From an uncultured Gammaproteobacteria bacterium (GTDB taxonomy: Bacteria > Pseudomonadota > Gammaproteobacteria > Steroidobacterales > Woeseiaceae), in assembly GCA_963922215.1 (NCBI GenBank), contig CAWUHY010000001.1, positions 1,246 through 65,245 of the forward strand: a DNA stretch of 64,000 bases. The letters run 5' to 3'. Made by a program: the position numbers and the translations under genes. The notes beneath the pieces were generated by a model, which made no database searches, was not told the DNA's origin, and was given only the letters and a program-made list of their open reading frames with translations. This document shows positions 54,559 through 64,000 of this stretch, piece after piece (position 1 is the first letter of the stretch; every line of letters begins with the position of its first letter).

Positions 54559-55125
54559 CTAAGAACCCGGCCAGAAGCCCGCAAACGCCCCTGCAATCAC
54601 CGCGCTGTAGATCAAGGCATCGAGCAGGTACTTACCAGTCACCGACCACTGGATTCCATACCAGATGCTATACGGGATCGACGCCCAGCCGAACGTCAGA
54701 AACGCCGCTGTCATGACGAAGCGGAAGACTTCGTAGTAGCCGGCGCCCGGCATCAGGGCGAGGCTCGCGACGTAGGCGACCAAAAACGTGCCGATCAGAA
54801 AATGCAGGATCTGCTGGACCATCAGCTTGCCCATCGGCGGCATGCCGTTCGGAAGCAGAATCACGAAGCCCACGGGTCCATTTGCAAACTTAGTTTGCGT
54901 CGATTCTTCATTCATCTCCTTGAAGTCGACGCAGTGCGGCATCGAGTGGACGCCAAGCCCCGGGTTTCCCGCACGCACGGCGTCCATGACGGCATCCTCG
55001 TTCGACAGCTTCTGGTAGTCGCTGTTGTGATACTTCAGCAGCATGTGGATAAGCGCACTGGCAACCCAGGCCAGCACGGTGCCCAGTAGTATGGGCAGCC
55101 AGAGTGAAAACAGACTGATATTCAT
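54559..55125 (-). CDS. Hypothetical integral membrane protein
   Basis: 188 aa with ~4 TM helices. No family recognised. Confidence 0.5.
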   Translation of the reverse strand: MNISLFSLWLPILLGTVLAWVASALIHMLLKYHNSDYQKLSNEDAVMDAVRAGNPGLGVHSMPHCVDFKEMNEESTQTKFANGPVGFVILLPNGMPPMGKLMVQQILHFLIGTFLVAYVASLALMPGAGYYEVFRFVMTAAFLTFGWASIPYSIWYGIQWSVTGKYLLDALIYSAVIAGAFAGFWPGS

Positions 55126-55325
55126 GGTGACATCCCCTGTTGTTTTTCTTCTTCGGGGCCGACGAGCGCCGCATCCCCGCCCGACAGTTTACCGCCGTTG
55201 CACAGGCGATGATGTTTTTCCGGCTCGATTCGGGCGGCCTTGCTGACGTGGCTATCGTCTCGGACGGTAATTTCGACTATCGTTTCGCACGACTGCGGAT
55301 AGCCGCGCTGGTAAGGGACAACCGA

Positions 55326-55568
55326 ATGCACGATGACAAGCCAGGACGCTCGACAGGCGCGCTTGCCGAGGTTGGAAACTTTTTCAAGGATCTTGGGAAA
55401 TCGATCATCAAAGGACTCGTCCAGTACGTGATCGCATTTGCCGTGGGCACCGGGGCGGGTGCGCTCGTTTGTCTGTACTACGGTGTGCCCCTCGTGTTTT
55501 CGCTGATCGGCGGCTTCATCGTGCTGGGGCTCGCGCTTGCACTAATGTCGGACAGTATTTTTTCCTGA
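55326..55568 (+). CDS. Hypothetical small membrane protein
   Basis: The internal ATG of ORF 55140..55568 gives an 80-aa product with two hydrophobic helices. The upstream part of the ORF is Arg/Ala-rich and looks non-coding. Confidence 0.35.
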   Translation: MHDDKPGRSTGALAEVGNFFKDLGKSIIKGLVQYVIAFAVGTGAGALVCLYYGVPLVFSLIGGFIVLGLALALMSDSIFS

Positions 55569-55828
55569 CTCCGAAATCGGAACGGCCGGTGCGCCGGGCT
55601 TTCCACATCGCTTGAGCCACCGGGTGTAAGTCGCAGATTTGGAAAATAAACCTGTGATTCCCTGAAATAGCTGTTAGAGTCCGCCCCGTCCTGGCGCACA
55701 TCGGTCTGCGCCATATCCTCCACCCCGCACTCCTGCGGCCTGTGGAGCACATCCAGAACTTACAGCCTGGGCCGACGCTTTAGCGGTTTATGTCGCCATC
55801 GTGACAGGCAGTTCGGAGTTACAAATCA

Positions 55829-57103
55829 GTGTTATTCAAAGATCTTGGCCTTTCGGCCGAACTCTTGCGTGCGGTTGAAGAACAGGGCTACAGCAAAGCG
55901 ACCCCTGTCCAGCAGCAGGCAATTCCCCTCATTTTGAAAGGCGGCGACGTCCTCGCGGGCGCCCAGACGGGCACCGGCAAGACCGCCGGCTTCACGCTTC
56001 CGCTGCTCCATCGTTTGCAGCACGGCAGCAAGAACCGTCGGCGCATCCGTGCGCTGGTCCTGACCCCCACGCGCGAGCTGGCAGCCCAGGTGGCGGACAG
56101 CGTGCGCGACTACGGTCGGCATCTGCCGTTTCGTGCGGCCGTGATCTACGGCGGTGTCAGCATCAACACGCAGATCGCCAAACTTAAGAAAGGTGTCGAC
56201 ATTGTCGTCGCGACCCCCGGACGCCTGCTCGACCATCTTCAGCAGGGCACGATTGATCTCGACGCTGTCGAGCTGCTCGTGCTCGACGAAGCGGATCGCA
56301 TGCTCGACATGGGCTTTATTCGCGACATTCGCAAAGTGATGAAGGCGCTTCCCGCGGAGCGGCAGAACCTGTTGTTCTCGGCGACGTTCTCTCCGGAGAT
56401 TCGCAAACTCGCGAACGACCTCCTGAAGAACCCGCAGGAAATCCAGGTCGCCGTCAACGGGAAACCGGCAGACGGTATCAACCAGCTAGTCTTCCCGGTC
56501 GACAAGGCGCGCAAACGCGAACTGTTGTCAGAGATGATCGGCGCGAATAACTGGCAGCAGGTCCTGGTCTTCACGCGCACCAAACACGGTGCGAACAGGC
56601 TGGCCAAGCAGCTCGACGCCGATGGCCTCTCAACCGCGGCGATCCACGGCAATAAGTCGCAGTCCGCGCGTGTGAAAGCGCTGAGCAACTTTAAGGACGG
56701 CAAGGTTCGTGTGCTCGTCGCGACAGACGTCGCGGCGCGCGGCATCGATATCGACAAGCTCCCGCACGTCGTCAACTTTGAGCTCCCACATGTCGCGGAA
56801 GACTACGTGCACCGCATCGGTCGCACCGCGCGGGCAGGGCAGAAGGGCCATGCCGTCTCGCTGGTCTGCGTCGATGAACTGAAACTCCTCGCGGGCATCG
56901 AGAAGCTGCTTGGTAAAACGATTCGGCAAGAGATCGTGCCGGGCTACGAAGTCGATCCGCGCATCAAGCCGGAGCCGATCGTCAACGGTCGCGGCAATCG
57001 ATCGCAGGCCAATCGGAACCGCACCCGCACGAAGCCTGCGTCACGGCGTCACGCCAAGCCGAAAGGCTCGGGTGGGTCGGGTCGCCGGCGCTCACGCGCT
57101 TAA
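55829..57103 (+). CDS. rhlE: ATP-dependent DEAD-box RNA helicase RhlE
   Basis: 424 aa. Q-motif region, [18 protein letters not shown] (VLDEAD), [13 protein letters not shown], and a basic C-terminal tail. GTG start with GGAG 8 nt upstream. Confidence 0.92.
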   Translation: MLFKDLGLSAELLRAVEEQGYSKATPVQQQAIPLILKGGDVLAGAQTGTGKTAGFTLPLLHRLQHGSKNRRRIRALVLTPTRELAAQVADSVRDYGRHLPFRAAVIYGGVSINTQIAKLKKGVDIVVATPGRLLDHLQQGTIDLDAVELLVLDEADRMLDMGFIRDIRKVMKALPAERQNLLFSATFSPEIRKLANDLLKNPQEIQVAVNGKPADGINQLVFPVDKARKRELLSEMIGANNWQQVLVFTRTKHGANRLAKQLDADGLSTAAIHGNKSQSARVKALSNFKDGKVRVLVATDVAARGIDIDKLPHVVNFELPHVAEDYVHRIGRTARAGQKGHAVSLVCVDELKLLAGIEKLLGKTIRQEIVPGYEVDPRIKPEPIVNGRGNRSQANRNRTRTKPASRRHAKPKGSGGSGRRRSRA

Positions 57104-57114
57104 GGTTTAAAAAG

Positions 57115-57144
57115 AACGCCGGGTATTTGCCCGGCGTTTTTTTA
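57115..57144 (+). terminator. Rho-independent terminator after rhlE
   Basis: AACGCCGGG-TATTTG-CCCGGCGTT, a 9-bp stem, followed by a T7 run. Read directly from the sequence. Confidence 0.85.
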
Positions 57145-57177
57145 TTGCGTCGGGCGTTTCGTTCATAATCCGGAGCT

Positions 57178-58191
57178 ATGCTTTCGACCATTGGTTTTGT
57201 CACCGATCTCCTGATCGGCTTCTCGATCGTCGCGTCGGCAATCCTGCTGGTCGCCTACCTCTTTCTGCTGAAGTCGGTGCAGCGCACGCGCGTCGGAGCG
57301 CTGTCCTGCACGGTTCTGCTGTTTTCTCTGTCTGGCCTGCAGCTTTTTCACTACGGCGTCTGGCAGTCCGAGCCGGCGCTATTCGATTCAAAAGCCTATA
57401 TCCAGCTCCTGTTGCTGACGCCGCCGGCGTTCTATCTCTTCAGCCGTTCGGTGCTGCTGCCGGATAAAGACGTCCACTGGCTGAACGTCCTGCACTTCGT
57501 ACCGGCGCTCGCGAACCCGTTCCTGCCGTCCGACTTCATCATGATTGTCGCGTTCGCGCTCGGTGCCGGTTATTCACTGTGGTTCGTCAGCTTCGTCTAC
57601 GGCATGCGCCGCTCCGTCAGGCGGTTTCGCTTCGAGATGTTTTTCTTTAGTTTTTTCGCCGCGCAGGCGCTGCTGGTGTTTCTGCTGGCAATTTCATTGC
57701 CGTATCTCGATGAAACCGTCTTCCATCTCGTTTACGCAAACTTCACCGCCATCGCGCTGGTTCTGATCGTCGCGACGCTGATCGTGTATCCGGAAGTCTT
57801 GAACGAACTCTCGAGTGCGGCGCAACTTGCCTACAGCAAGTCGACGCTGACGAACGTTGACGTCGACGATGCCCTGGCGCGGCTCGAGCGCCTGATGTCG
57901 GAGGAGCGGCTCTACCAGAACGAGAGCCTGAACCTTGCGATGGTTGCGGAGGCGTTGGGTATCGGAGCGCACCAGCTCTCCGAACTCGTGAACACACACC
58001 ACGGCCTGTCCTTCTCCCGGTACATCCGGGAACGACGCGTCGAAGAGGCGAAACGATTGCTGCGCGAAGATCCGCGGGCCTCAGTGCTGTCGATCAGCAT
58101 GACGACGGGCTTTCGCTCGCAGTCGAATTTCTATGCTGCCTTCCAGGAACTGACCGGTGAGTCGCCGGGCGCTTACCGAAAACGCTCCTGA
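57178..58191 (+). CDS. AraC family transcriptional regulator with N-terminal multi-pass membrane domain
   Basis: 337 aa. About 6 hydrophobic helices, then an AraC HTH (LAMVAEALGIGAHQLSELVNTHHGLSFSRYIRERRVEEAKRLL ... GFRSQSNFYAAFQELTGESPGAYR). Confidence 0.82.
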   Translation: MLSTIGFVTDLLIGFSIVASAILLVAYLFLLKSVQRTRVGALSCTVLLFSLSGLQLFHYGVWQSEPALFDSKAYIQLLLLTPPAFYLFSRSVLLPDKDVHWLNVLHFVPALANPFLPSDFIMIVAFALGAGYSLWFVSFVYGMRRSVRRFRFEMFFFSFFAAQALLVFLLAISLPYLDETVFHLVYANFTAIALVLIVATLIVYPEVLNELSSAAQLAYSKSTLTNVDVDDALARLERLMSEERLYQNESLNLAMVAEALGIGAHQLSELVNTHHGLSFSRYIRERRVEEAKRLLREDPRASVLSISMTTGFRSQSNFYAAFQELTGESPGAYRKRS

Positions 58192-58337
58192 TTCTTCCGG
58201 GATGATCATCCCGGAACGCCGCAAGCCCCTGTTAAAACTTGGTTTTTAATAATTCTGTTCCGCCTTCTGCAAACCGGAAGCGACGGCGATGCATGAACAA
58301 CTAGCGTGGAGTCTCACCCAAACGAAAGGAGACTCCC

Positions 58338-58832
58338 ATGCTGAATTCCGCAAATAGCCTCAGAACAAGCGAACCAACTCTTCTCGAGAAACTCGTCACG
58401 TTTCTGGTCGCTGTGATCCCTGCGACCCTGCTTCAGGTTTTCACCCTGATGGGCTTCTTCATGGGCATTGGGGCGCTGATGGACGGCGAGCCGGCACTGC
58501 TGTTGCTGATGCTCTGGTCTGCCGGCGGCATCTTCGGTGCACTGGCTCTCTGGGGAATCCTTTTCAACAGCCGTTCCGCCTGGGTCGGGTTTGGGCTGAT
58601 CTCAGGCTTTCTCGCGATTCTTCCTCTGTCTGTTGCCACGGTCATCGATGGACTGACCCCCCTACGAATCGATGAGCTGGTGCCGTTGGTCTGGGCCGTG
58701 GGACTGCCGGTCTCGGCCATCTACTGGTTGTTCCGCATCGATTGGGCCGCGCCGGAGGACGAACCACCGCTGCTTCTTGAATATCGCCCCAATGACGGTC
58801 ACAGTGATTGGCCGACACTGCATGAACGGTGA
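58338..58832 (+). CDS. Hypothetical integral membrane protein
   Basis: 164 aa with ~4 TM helices. No family recognised. Confidence 0.5.
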   Translation: MLNSANSLRTSEPTLLEKLVTFLVAVIPATLLQVFTLMGFFMGIGALMDGEPALLLLMLWSAGGIFGALALWGILFNSRSAWVGFGLISGFLAILPLSVATVIDGLTPLRIDELVPLVWAVGLPVSAIYWLFRIDWAAPEDEPPLLLEYRPNDGHSDWPTLHER

Positions 58833-58838
58833 TCCATC

Positions 58839-59831
58839 ATGGTTCGAATAGGCCTCCTCGGTGCGTCGCGTATCGCCGTGCCCGCCGTGGTGAAGCCCGC
58901 GGCCGACCAGGCGAATGCGGCAGTCACAGCGGTTGCTGCCCGCGATGCGAGCCGGGCGCGCGAGTACGCGAACGAGCACGGAATTGATTCAGCTTTGCCG
59001 GACTACCGCGCGATGATCGAAAGCCCGGACGTCGACCTCGTCTACAACGGACTGCCGCCGAGCGAGCACGCCGAGTGGACGATCGCAGCACTCGAAGCCG
59101 GCAAGCACGTCCTCTGCGAAAAGCCGTTCGCGATGACGTCGACAGAGGCGGAAGACATGGTCGCTGCCGCAGAGCGAGCGGAGCGCGTCCTGCTCGAGGC
59201 CTTCCACTATCGCTTCCATCCGTTGTTCTTCCGCGTGCTGAAGATTCTCGGCTCGGGCGCGATCGGCACGATCCAGACTGTGAATGCGCACTTCAGCGTG
59301 CCGATCAAGTTCTCCGAAACGGAGATTCGCTACAAGCCGGAGCTTGGCGGCGGCGCCCTGATGGATCTCGGCTGCTACCCGGTGCACTGGGTGCGGACGC
59401 TGCTGCAAAGCGAGCCGGTCGTGAAATCTGCAACGCGGAAGATGCACGCATCAGGTGTCGACGTCTCGACGGTCGCCGAGCTCGAATTTCCAGGCGGCGA
59501 ATCGGCGCGCGTCAGTTGCGCGATGAACGAAGATCTTGAAGGCGGACTGGATGCGCAGCTCAGCGTGATCGGCACAGACGGTCGGCTTGAGGTCGATAAC
59601 CCGCTCGCACCGCACAACGGCAATCGGATCACCCTGACGAACGCACGCGGGCTCGTCGGTGAGGAAGTCGACGGGCATTCAACCTACTATTACCAGCTCG
59701 AACACATGCTCCGCCTCGTCGAGGGTGTCGGGGAGCGCATCCTGCCGCCGGAAGACGCAGTCAACAACATGCGCGCGATCGAGGCGATCGTTGCGGCGGC
59801 AAGTGCTCGGGAAGCGGCGGGGGACGGTTAA
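58839..59831 (+). CDS. Gfo/Idh/MocA family NAD(P)-dependent oxidoreductase
   Basis: 330 aa. N-terminal Rossmann segment (VRIGLLGASRIA) and the EKP motif (VLCEKPFA). Confidence 0.88.
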   Translation: MVRIGLLGASRIAVPAVVKPAADQANAAVTAVAARDASRAREYANEHGIDSALPDYRAMIESPDVDLVYNGLPPSEHAEWTIAALEAGKHVLCEKPFAMTSTEAEDMVAAAERAERVLLEAFHYRFHPLFFRVLKILGSGAIGTIQTVNAHFSVPIKFSETEIRYKPELGGGALMDLGCYPVHWVRTLLQSEPVVKSATRKMHASGVDVSTVAELEFPGGESARVSCAMNEDLEGGLDAQLSVIGTDGRLEVDNPLAPHNGNRITLTNARGLVGEEVDGHSTYYYQLEHMLRLVEGVGERILPPEDAVNNMRAIEAIVAAASAREAAGDG

Positions 59832-59871
59832 CCCGGAATTCGACAAGTAGCAGCAATTTATCTGCGACGTA

Positions 59872-60243
59872 TTAGATCGGATACTCGCTGTTCGCCGGAA
59901 TATCCAGCGCGCCCAGAACAACACCGTACTCGTCAATTACTTTGAATAGCTCAGCCTCTGAGAACGCTATCGTACTGGCTTTGTCTTGAAGTTCGGATTC
60001 TCCGATCCAGACATCGTTCTCAAGCAGCTCTCGATTAACGCTGAATCTTCGAATGTGGTACGCGGTGCCTAACTTCGGGACAATCTCAATGCCATGATTG
60101 AAGACAAACTCTCGCGATCTTTTCGTCGAGAGGTCAAGTGGGTAGACGCCGACGAATGTAGGTAGCGACGTTTCGCATCCGGTAACTTCTGCCGCAAGGT
60201 GCTTACCATTACGTAACGCATTCAAGGCAGCATTTTCGTCCAT
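59872..60243 (-). CDS. Hypothetical protein (orphan, AT-rich islet)
   Basis: 123-aa ORF with lower GC than its surroundings. No motif recognised. Confidence 0.4.
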   Translation of the reverse strand: MDENAALNALRNGKHLAAEVTGCETSLPTFVGVYPLDLSTKRSREFVFNHGIEIVPKLGTAYHIRRFSVNRELLENDVWIGESELQDKASTIAFSEAELFKVIDEYGVVLGALDIPANSEYPI

Positions 60244-60284
60244 ATCGAAAGAAGATGTCGTCGATGTCGTGGGGAAATGAATAT

Positions 60285-60369
60285 GGTGTCAGGTCTATTT
60301 TTGTGTGGCGAGAAAATTCAATACCAGAATCGTCGCGTCGAGCGGAAACCGAAAAATAAACCTGACACC
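60285..60369. repeat. 18-nt inverted repeat (GGTGTCAGGTCTATTTTT / AAAAATAAACCTGACACC, 17 of 18 complementary) separated by 49 nt
   Basis: Read directly from the sequence. Lies between the two orphan minus-strand ORFs. Confidence 0.6.
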
Positions 60370-60458
60370 TTTTTCAAGTCCGATTACCGGCGAGAGTTGC
60401 TGCGGAAAATCTGAATTAGGTTGGTATCCGGAGTCGGCTTTCGGCCAGAAGCGGAATC

Positions 60459-60683
60459 TCATTTTTCGGAATTTCTACGCTGAATCTCTATCAGCGACTG
60501 TTTTGCTTCCTCGACGATGTCTGGATCTTCAGCGGGATCGCTTATCACACTTCGCAACGCTTCAGTCGCTTCCGGTTCATCGTAACTCTGGAGATCCATG
60601 GCCGCGTCATGCCGGTCGCCGAACTCTCGCGATCGATCAAGAAGGACAGAGATTAGGCCAGCAGGTTGCTTGGTCTTAGACAC
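60459..60683 (-). CDS. Hypothetical small protein, single HEAT-like repeat
   Basis: 74 aa. The pattern DRHDAAMDLQSYDEPEATEALRSVISDPAEDPDIVEEAKQSL resembles one PBS-lyase/HEAT-like repeat. Flanked by a direct repeat AAGCGGAATCTC. Confidence 0.4.
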   Translation of the reverse strand: MSKTKQPAGLISVLLDRSREFGDRHDAAMDLQSYDEPEATEALRSVISDPAEDPDIVEEAKQSLIEIQRRNSEK

Positions 60684-60755
60684 GCTACGAGCGTCGCCTT
60701 TAAGTCAAAAGCGGAATCTCGTCATACTCTCAAAGAAGCCGCGCCCCTGAAACAC

Positions 60756-61502
60756 TCAGTTCAGGTCTTTCTGCGCCTCAAGCGCAGCGCCGATGATTCC
60801 CGCATTGTTGCGAAACTCGGCGATGTGGATCGGGATGTCGATCGTGATGCGGTGTTCGTACCTGTCGAATTTCTTGCTGGCACCGCCGCCCAGGATGAAG
60901 TGATCAGGCATGAAGACGCGGACCGTCTTCTTCAGGAAATAGTTGAAGCGTTTGCCCCATTCGTCCCAGCTCAGGTCGTTGACCTTCCGTGCGCGATCGC
61001 CCGCGTAGCGTTCCATCGGCATGTCCTTGTCGCTGGGCATCCAGCCGATCTCGAGGTTCGGGATCAGCCTGCCGTTGTAGTACATGCCGCTGCCGAGCCC
61101 CGTCCCGATCGTGATCAACAGTACCATGCCGTCGAGACCTTTGCCGGCGCCTAACTCCATCTCGGCGACCGCCGCCGCATCCGCATCGTTCAAGACGGTG
61201 TATTGGTGGCCGGTCGCCTCCGCAAAGGTTTCGCCAACGTGCGTGCCCAGCCATTCATCGTCAATGTTGCCCGCGGTTCGTGCCTCGCCGCGGATGATCA
61301 CCGCGGGAAAGCAGCAGCCGATTGGGCCGTCGTAGTCGAAGGTTGTCACCAGCTTTTTTACTGTCGCGGCGACTTTTTCCGGCGTGGAGTCCTTTGGCGT
61401 ATCGAGTCGGCGGCGGTCTGTCTGTAATTCACCGGTCGCGGTATCGACGATCGCTGCCTTGATACCGGATCCCCCGATGTCGACGCCTAAGATGTGGGCC
61501 AT
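60756..61502 (-). CDS. ppgK: Polyphosphate glucokinase (ROK family)
   Basis: 248 aa. N-terminal LGVDIGGSGIK, ROK/ASKHA fold blocks, and similarity in layout to PpgK. Confidence 0.85.
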   Translation of the reverse strand: MAHILGVDIGGSGIKAAIVDTATGELQTDRRRLDTPKDSTPEKVAATVKKLVTTFDYDGPIGCCFPAVIIRGEARTAGNIDDEWLGTHVGETFAEATGHQYTVLNDADAAAVAEMELGAGKGLDGMVLLITIGTGLGSGMYYNGRLIPNLEIGWMPSDKDMPMERYAGDRARKVNDLSWDEWGKRFNYFLKKTVRVFMPDHFILGGGASKKFDRYEHRITIDIPIHIAEFRNNAGIIGAALEAQKDLN

Positions 61503-61566
61503 GCCGGCTCCTTGTGACGAACAGGTTAAGGCGATCAGGATAACAAGACGGGCTGCGGGGGAATAC

Positions 61567-62109
61567 TCAGCGCTTGATGGGATAGAAGGCGAGCATCACC
61601 CCGGCTTCGTGTGTCGCCTCCGCTGCGTCGTCGTCCTCCTGGCTCTGAGCATCTGCGAGCCACTGTTCCAGCGACGCCTGCAGTTTCTGCAACTGTTCTT
61701 GAGTTCCACGAACCCGAAGGCGAGCGAACATCGGCTGGGAATCTTCGTCGGCGTTCGCGAGTGCGTCGAGAATTTCCTGCTCGCCACCGCGAATCAGATC
61801 GCGAGCCGTGTCGACGCTGTCGTTGCCTTCCGCGAACAGCGAATGTTCGACGTCGAAGCGCCGCGCGACGGCCTCGAATGTGCGTTCTACCGTGCCGCGT
61901 TTCGGTTCTTCGGCGGTGACCCGAATGAGCCCGGCATCGTGCAGCGCGTCGATATGTCGGTAGAGCTTCGTCAGTTTCTCGCCCGTCGCCTCGGCGACGT
62001 CCCGGGCGGTCTTCGGCCCCTCTGCGAAGGCCTGGATCAGCTTCAGTTTGAGCGGATCCGAGAGCAGGCGAACGTGCTCAAGGTCCTGAATAACATGGAG
62101 TTCTTTCAT
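61567..62109 (-). CDS. ArsR-like winged helix-turn-helix transcriptional regulator
   Basis: 180 aa. N-terminal wHTH (LSDPLKLKLIQAFAEGPKTARDVAEATGEKLTKLYRHIDALHDAGLI) and an acidic helical C-terminal region. Confidence 0.75.
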   Translation of the reverse strand: MKELHVIQDLEHVRLLSDPLKLKLIQAFAEGPKTARDVAEATGEKLTKLYRHIDALHDAGLIRVTAEEPKRGTVERTFEAVARRFDVEHSLFAEGNDSVDTARDLIRGGEQEILDALANADEDSQPMFARLRVRGTQEQLQKLQASLEQWLADAQSQEDDDAAEATHEAGVMLAFYPIKR

Positions 62110-62190
62110 TTTTCGCCCACTGGCCTTGATTATTCACTACAACGTGAATATTATTGTTCACGCTTTCGTGAATAAAGAGTACCGCCTGCC

Positions 62191-62922
62191 ATGACTATTG
62201 TCGATTATCTTTTGCTCGCCTTCCTCGTCGTCGTCTTTCCCGTTGCCGGGACGATTTCCTATTTCCGCTACGTCCGCCGCATCGAGCGCGGCGAAGACCC
62301 GGAGCGCGTCAAGCAATACCAGTCCACATTCCTCGTCGAGTGGTCGCTGTTCGCCGTTCTCGTCGCACTCTGGATCTGGGCCGGTCGTGACTTCGCACTC
62401 CTCGGATTCACAACACCGAGCGGAGCGGGCGAGATTGCTGGCGCGCTTCTCGTCGCCGGACTTGCTGTCTTCCTGATCTTCAGTCGGAAAAAGGCGGAAC
62501 GCGCGACAGAATCGGAACGCGCCGACTATCGCAAGGCGCTGGGCACCGTGCGCTATTTCCTGCCCGTCAATCGACGCGAACTGAAATTCTTCTACGGTCT
62601 ATCCGTGACCGCCGGCATCGTCGAGGAAATGGTCTACCGTGGCTATCTCTTCTGGCTGTTTGCGCCGCTGATGCCGGTGTGGGCAGTCGTGATTGCGTCC
62701 GCCGCAGTCTTCGCGCTGGCGCATCTTTACCAGGGCATCAATGGAGCGCTGCAGGTCTTTCTCGTCGGTCTAGGATTCGGCGGGCTCTATCTTCTGACCG
62801 GTTCAATCTGGATCCCGATTCTTGCTCACGCGCTGATGGATATCCTGCAGGGTCGCGTGCTCTACGAATATCTTCGCGGCGCGGACGAAGACACGCCGCC
62901 GGGCGCTGCACCGGCGGCGTAG
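62191..62922 (+). CDS. CPBP family intramembrane glutamic endopeptidase (CAAX protease-like)
   Basis: 243 aa. Motifs EEMVYRGYLF, FALAHLYQG and HALMD in TM helices. Confidence 0.88.
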   Translation: MTIVDYLLLAFLVVVFPVAGTISYFRYVRRIERGEDPERVKQYQSTFLVEWSLFAVLVALWIWAGRDFALLGFTTPSGAGEIAGALLVAGLAVFLIFSRKKAERATESERADYRKALGTVRYFLPVNRRELKFFYGLSVTAGIVEEMVYRGYLFWLFAPLMPVWAVVIASAAVFALAHLYQGINGALQVFLVGLGFGGLYLLTGSIWIPILAHALMDILQGRVLYEYLRGADEDTPPGAAPAA

Positions 62923-62927
62923 GCCTC

Positions 62928-64000
62928 CTATTCCTCGATGCGAGCCGCGCGCTGGTTGATGGCGCCCTGTTTCAGAACCAGCGCGTTCACTGACCCGTCC
63001 GCGTCCCGCTGGAAGCGCAACTCGGCGTCGACGATCTTGTAGTAGAAGACGTCGTCGCCGGCTGCGTAAATCGGGAAGAAGGGTTGCCCCGTGAGCATCG
63101 CTTCCAATCCACCCTCGCGCTCACGAATCACGAACTTCGCGTTCGCATTGATCGCAAACTCGCCAACGTAGTCCTTGAGCTGTTCGTCGCTCAGGGACAC
63201 CTCACGACGCGACTCCGCCGCAGCCTCATCCGCGACTTTCTTCGCCGTTTGCAGCATGCCGTTCTGCGCCAGCTCGAAGGCGACGACTTCATCATCTTCA
63301 CGAACAAAGCGAATGCTCGCATCCGTCACGTCGAATGCGTACCAGTCGTTGCCCAGCGACGTCAGCCCGAATGCCGGCTGACCGGTGAGCTGCCCCAGGA
63401 GCTGCCCGTCGCGTTCGAGGATGCCTGCGCCAATCTCGGGCGTTAGCTGATACTGGCCGAGAATGGATCGATCGATGTCCTCAGGCGGAGGGTTCGCAGC
63501 GACTGCCTGCGTTCTGCCGAGCCAGTCGAGACCTTTGCCAGTCGGACCGTCGCGGCCACTGACCAGAATCGCGATCGCTGTTTTCGTGTCAGGCCGGTAG
63601 CCGAAGAAACTGGAGTAGCCGCCCGTCCCTCCGTTGTGCCAGAAGATCGGTTGCTCGTCTGCGTAGGACACGTGCCAGACTCGCGTGACGCCAAATCCGC
63701 GTCCCGATTCGGCCGCGACAACTTCGTCGTCTGCTTTCTCGTGTTCAAGCGGCCAGTCCGACTCGTCGAGAACGATCGAGGCGAGCGTCGCAAAATCTCC
63801 GACCGAACCCCACAGGGCGCCGGCAGCCGCGATCGCGTCCTCAAACGTCCAGGCTGGCACCACGCCGCCGTCGCTGAAGCCCGCCGAGTAGTCGTCGCCG
63901 CGTTCGAAGGACACATTCTCGAGGCCCAGCGGCACAATTACATACTCGGTGACCGCCGTCGCATAGTCGGACTCGTGCACGAGTCCCAGCAGATGCCCGG
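62928..64000 (-). CDS. Serine hydrolase (beta-lactamase-related) family protein, partial; N-terminus lies beyond the window
   Basis: The reading frame stays open to the window edge. The middle part resembles the C-terminal lobe of class C beta-lactamase-like hydrolases (WHNGGTGGYSSF). A C-terminal extra domain follows. Confidence 0.6.
   Translation of the reverse strand, partial: GHLLGLVHESDYATAVTEYVIVPLGLENVSFERGDDYSAGFSDGGVVPAWTFEDAIAAAGALWGSVGDFATLASIVLDESDWPLEHEKADDEVVAAESGRGFGVTRVWHVSYADEQPIFWHNGGTGGYSSFFGYRPDTKTAIAILVSGRDGPTGKGLDWLGRTQAVAANPPPEDIDRSILGQYQLTPEIGAGILERDGQLLGQLTGQPAFGLTSLGNDWYAFDVTDASIRFVREDDEVVAFELAQNGMLQTAKKVADEAAAESRREVSLSDEQLKDYVGEFAINANAKFVIREREGGLEAMLTGQPFFPIYAAGDDVFYYKIVDAELRFQRDADGSVNALVLKQGAINQRAARIEE

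Overview
High-GC chromosome segment, about 63% GC in spot-counted 60-nt lines. Gene content looks proteobacterial, probably gammaproteobacterial, but no search was possible. The first ~11.8 kb is an accessory/defence island. It holds a translationally coupled type I R-M operon (hsdM-hsdS-hsdR) with a fourth coupled gene (GIY-YIG/DUF4357), then an ~820-bp apparently non-coding gap. After the gap comes an AT-richer four-gene operon (8.07-11.55 kb) made only of uncharacterised families: a Cys-motif orphan, DUF488, an unknown N-terminal domain fused to DUF4326, and a TIGR04141/DUF6119 protein. This operon is my best candidate for an undescribed (defence-type) system. The rest looks like core or semi-core chromosome. 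It contains a GlxA-type regulator with small membrane/DUF2147 genes, and a divergent catabolic locus (XRE-cupin regulator, cyclophilin-like protein, proline iminopeptidase and MFS transporter opposite a TonB-dependent receptor, hydantoinase A/B and a quinone oxidoreductase). It also has a six-gene H-NOX/histidine kinase/c-di-GMP signalling operon, a peptidoglycan-peptide recycling pair, CPA2 antiporter, YgiQ radical SAM, and DUF4139. Further on are the RDD-SpoIIM-like-DUF4129-DUF4350-MoxR-DUF58 cluster, a second RDD protein divergent from a DUF2628-pilin fusion, OmpA/TSP3, a DUF305-LVIVD fusion, GNAT, a beta-helix protein, RhlE, a membrane-anchored AraC, an oxidoreductase, a small AT-rich islet with orphan ORFs, PpgK, an ArsR-like regulator, a CPBP protease and a truncated serine hydrolase. 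A family of REP-like extragenic repeats populates the intergenic regions between 46.4 and 52.3 kb. No rRNA, tRNA, CRISPR array, transposase or intact integrase was recognised. All family assignments rest on motif recognition by eye in the supplied translations. No database search was run.
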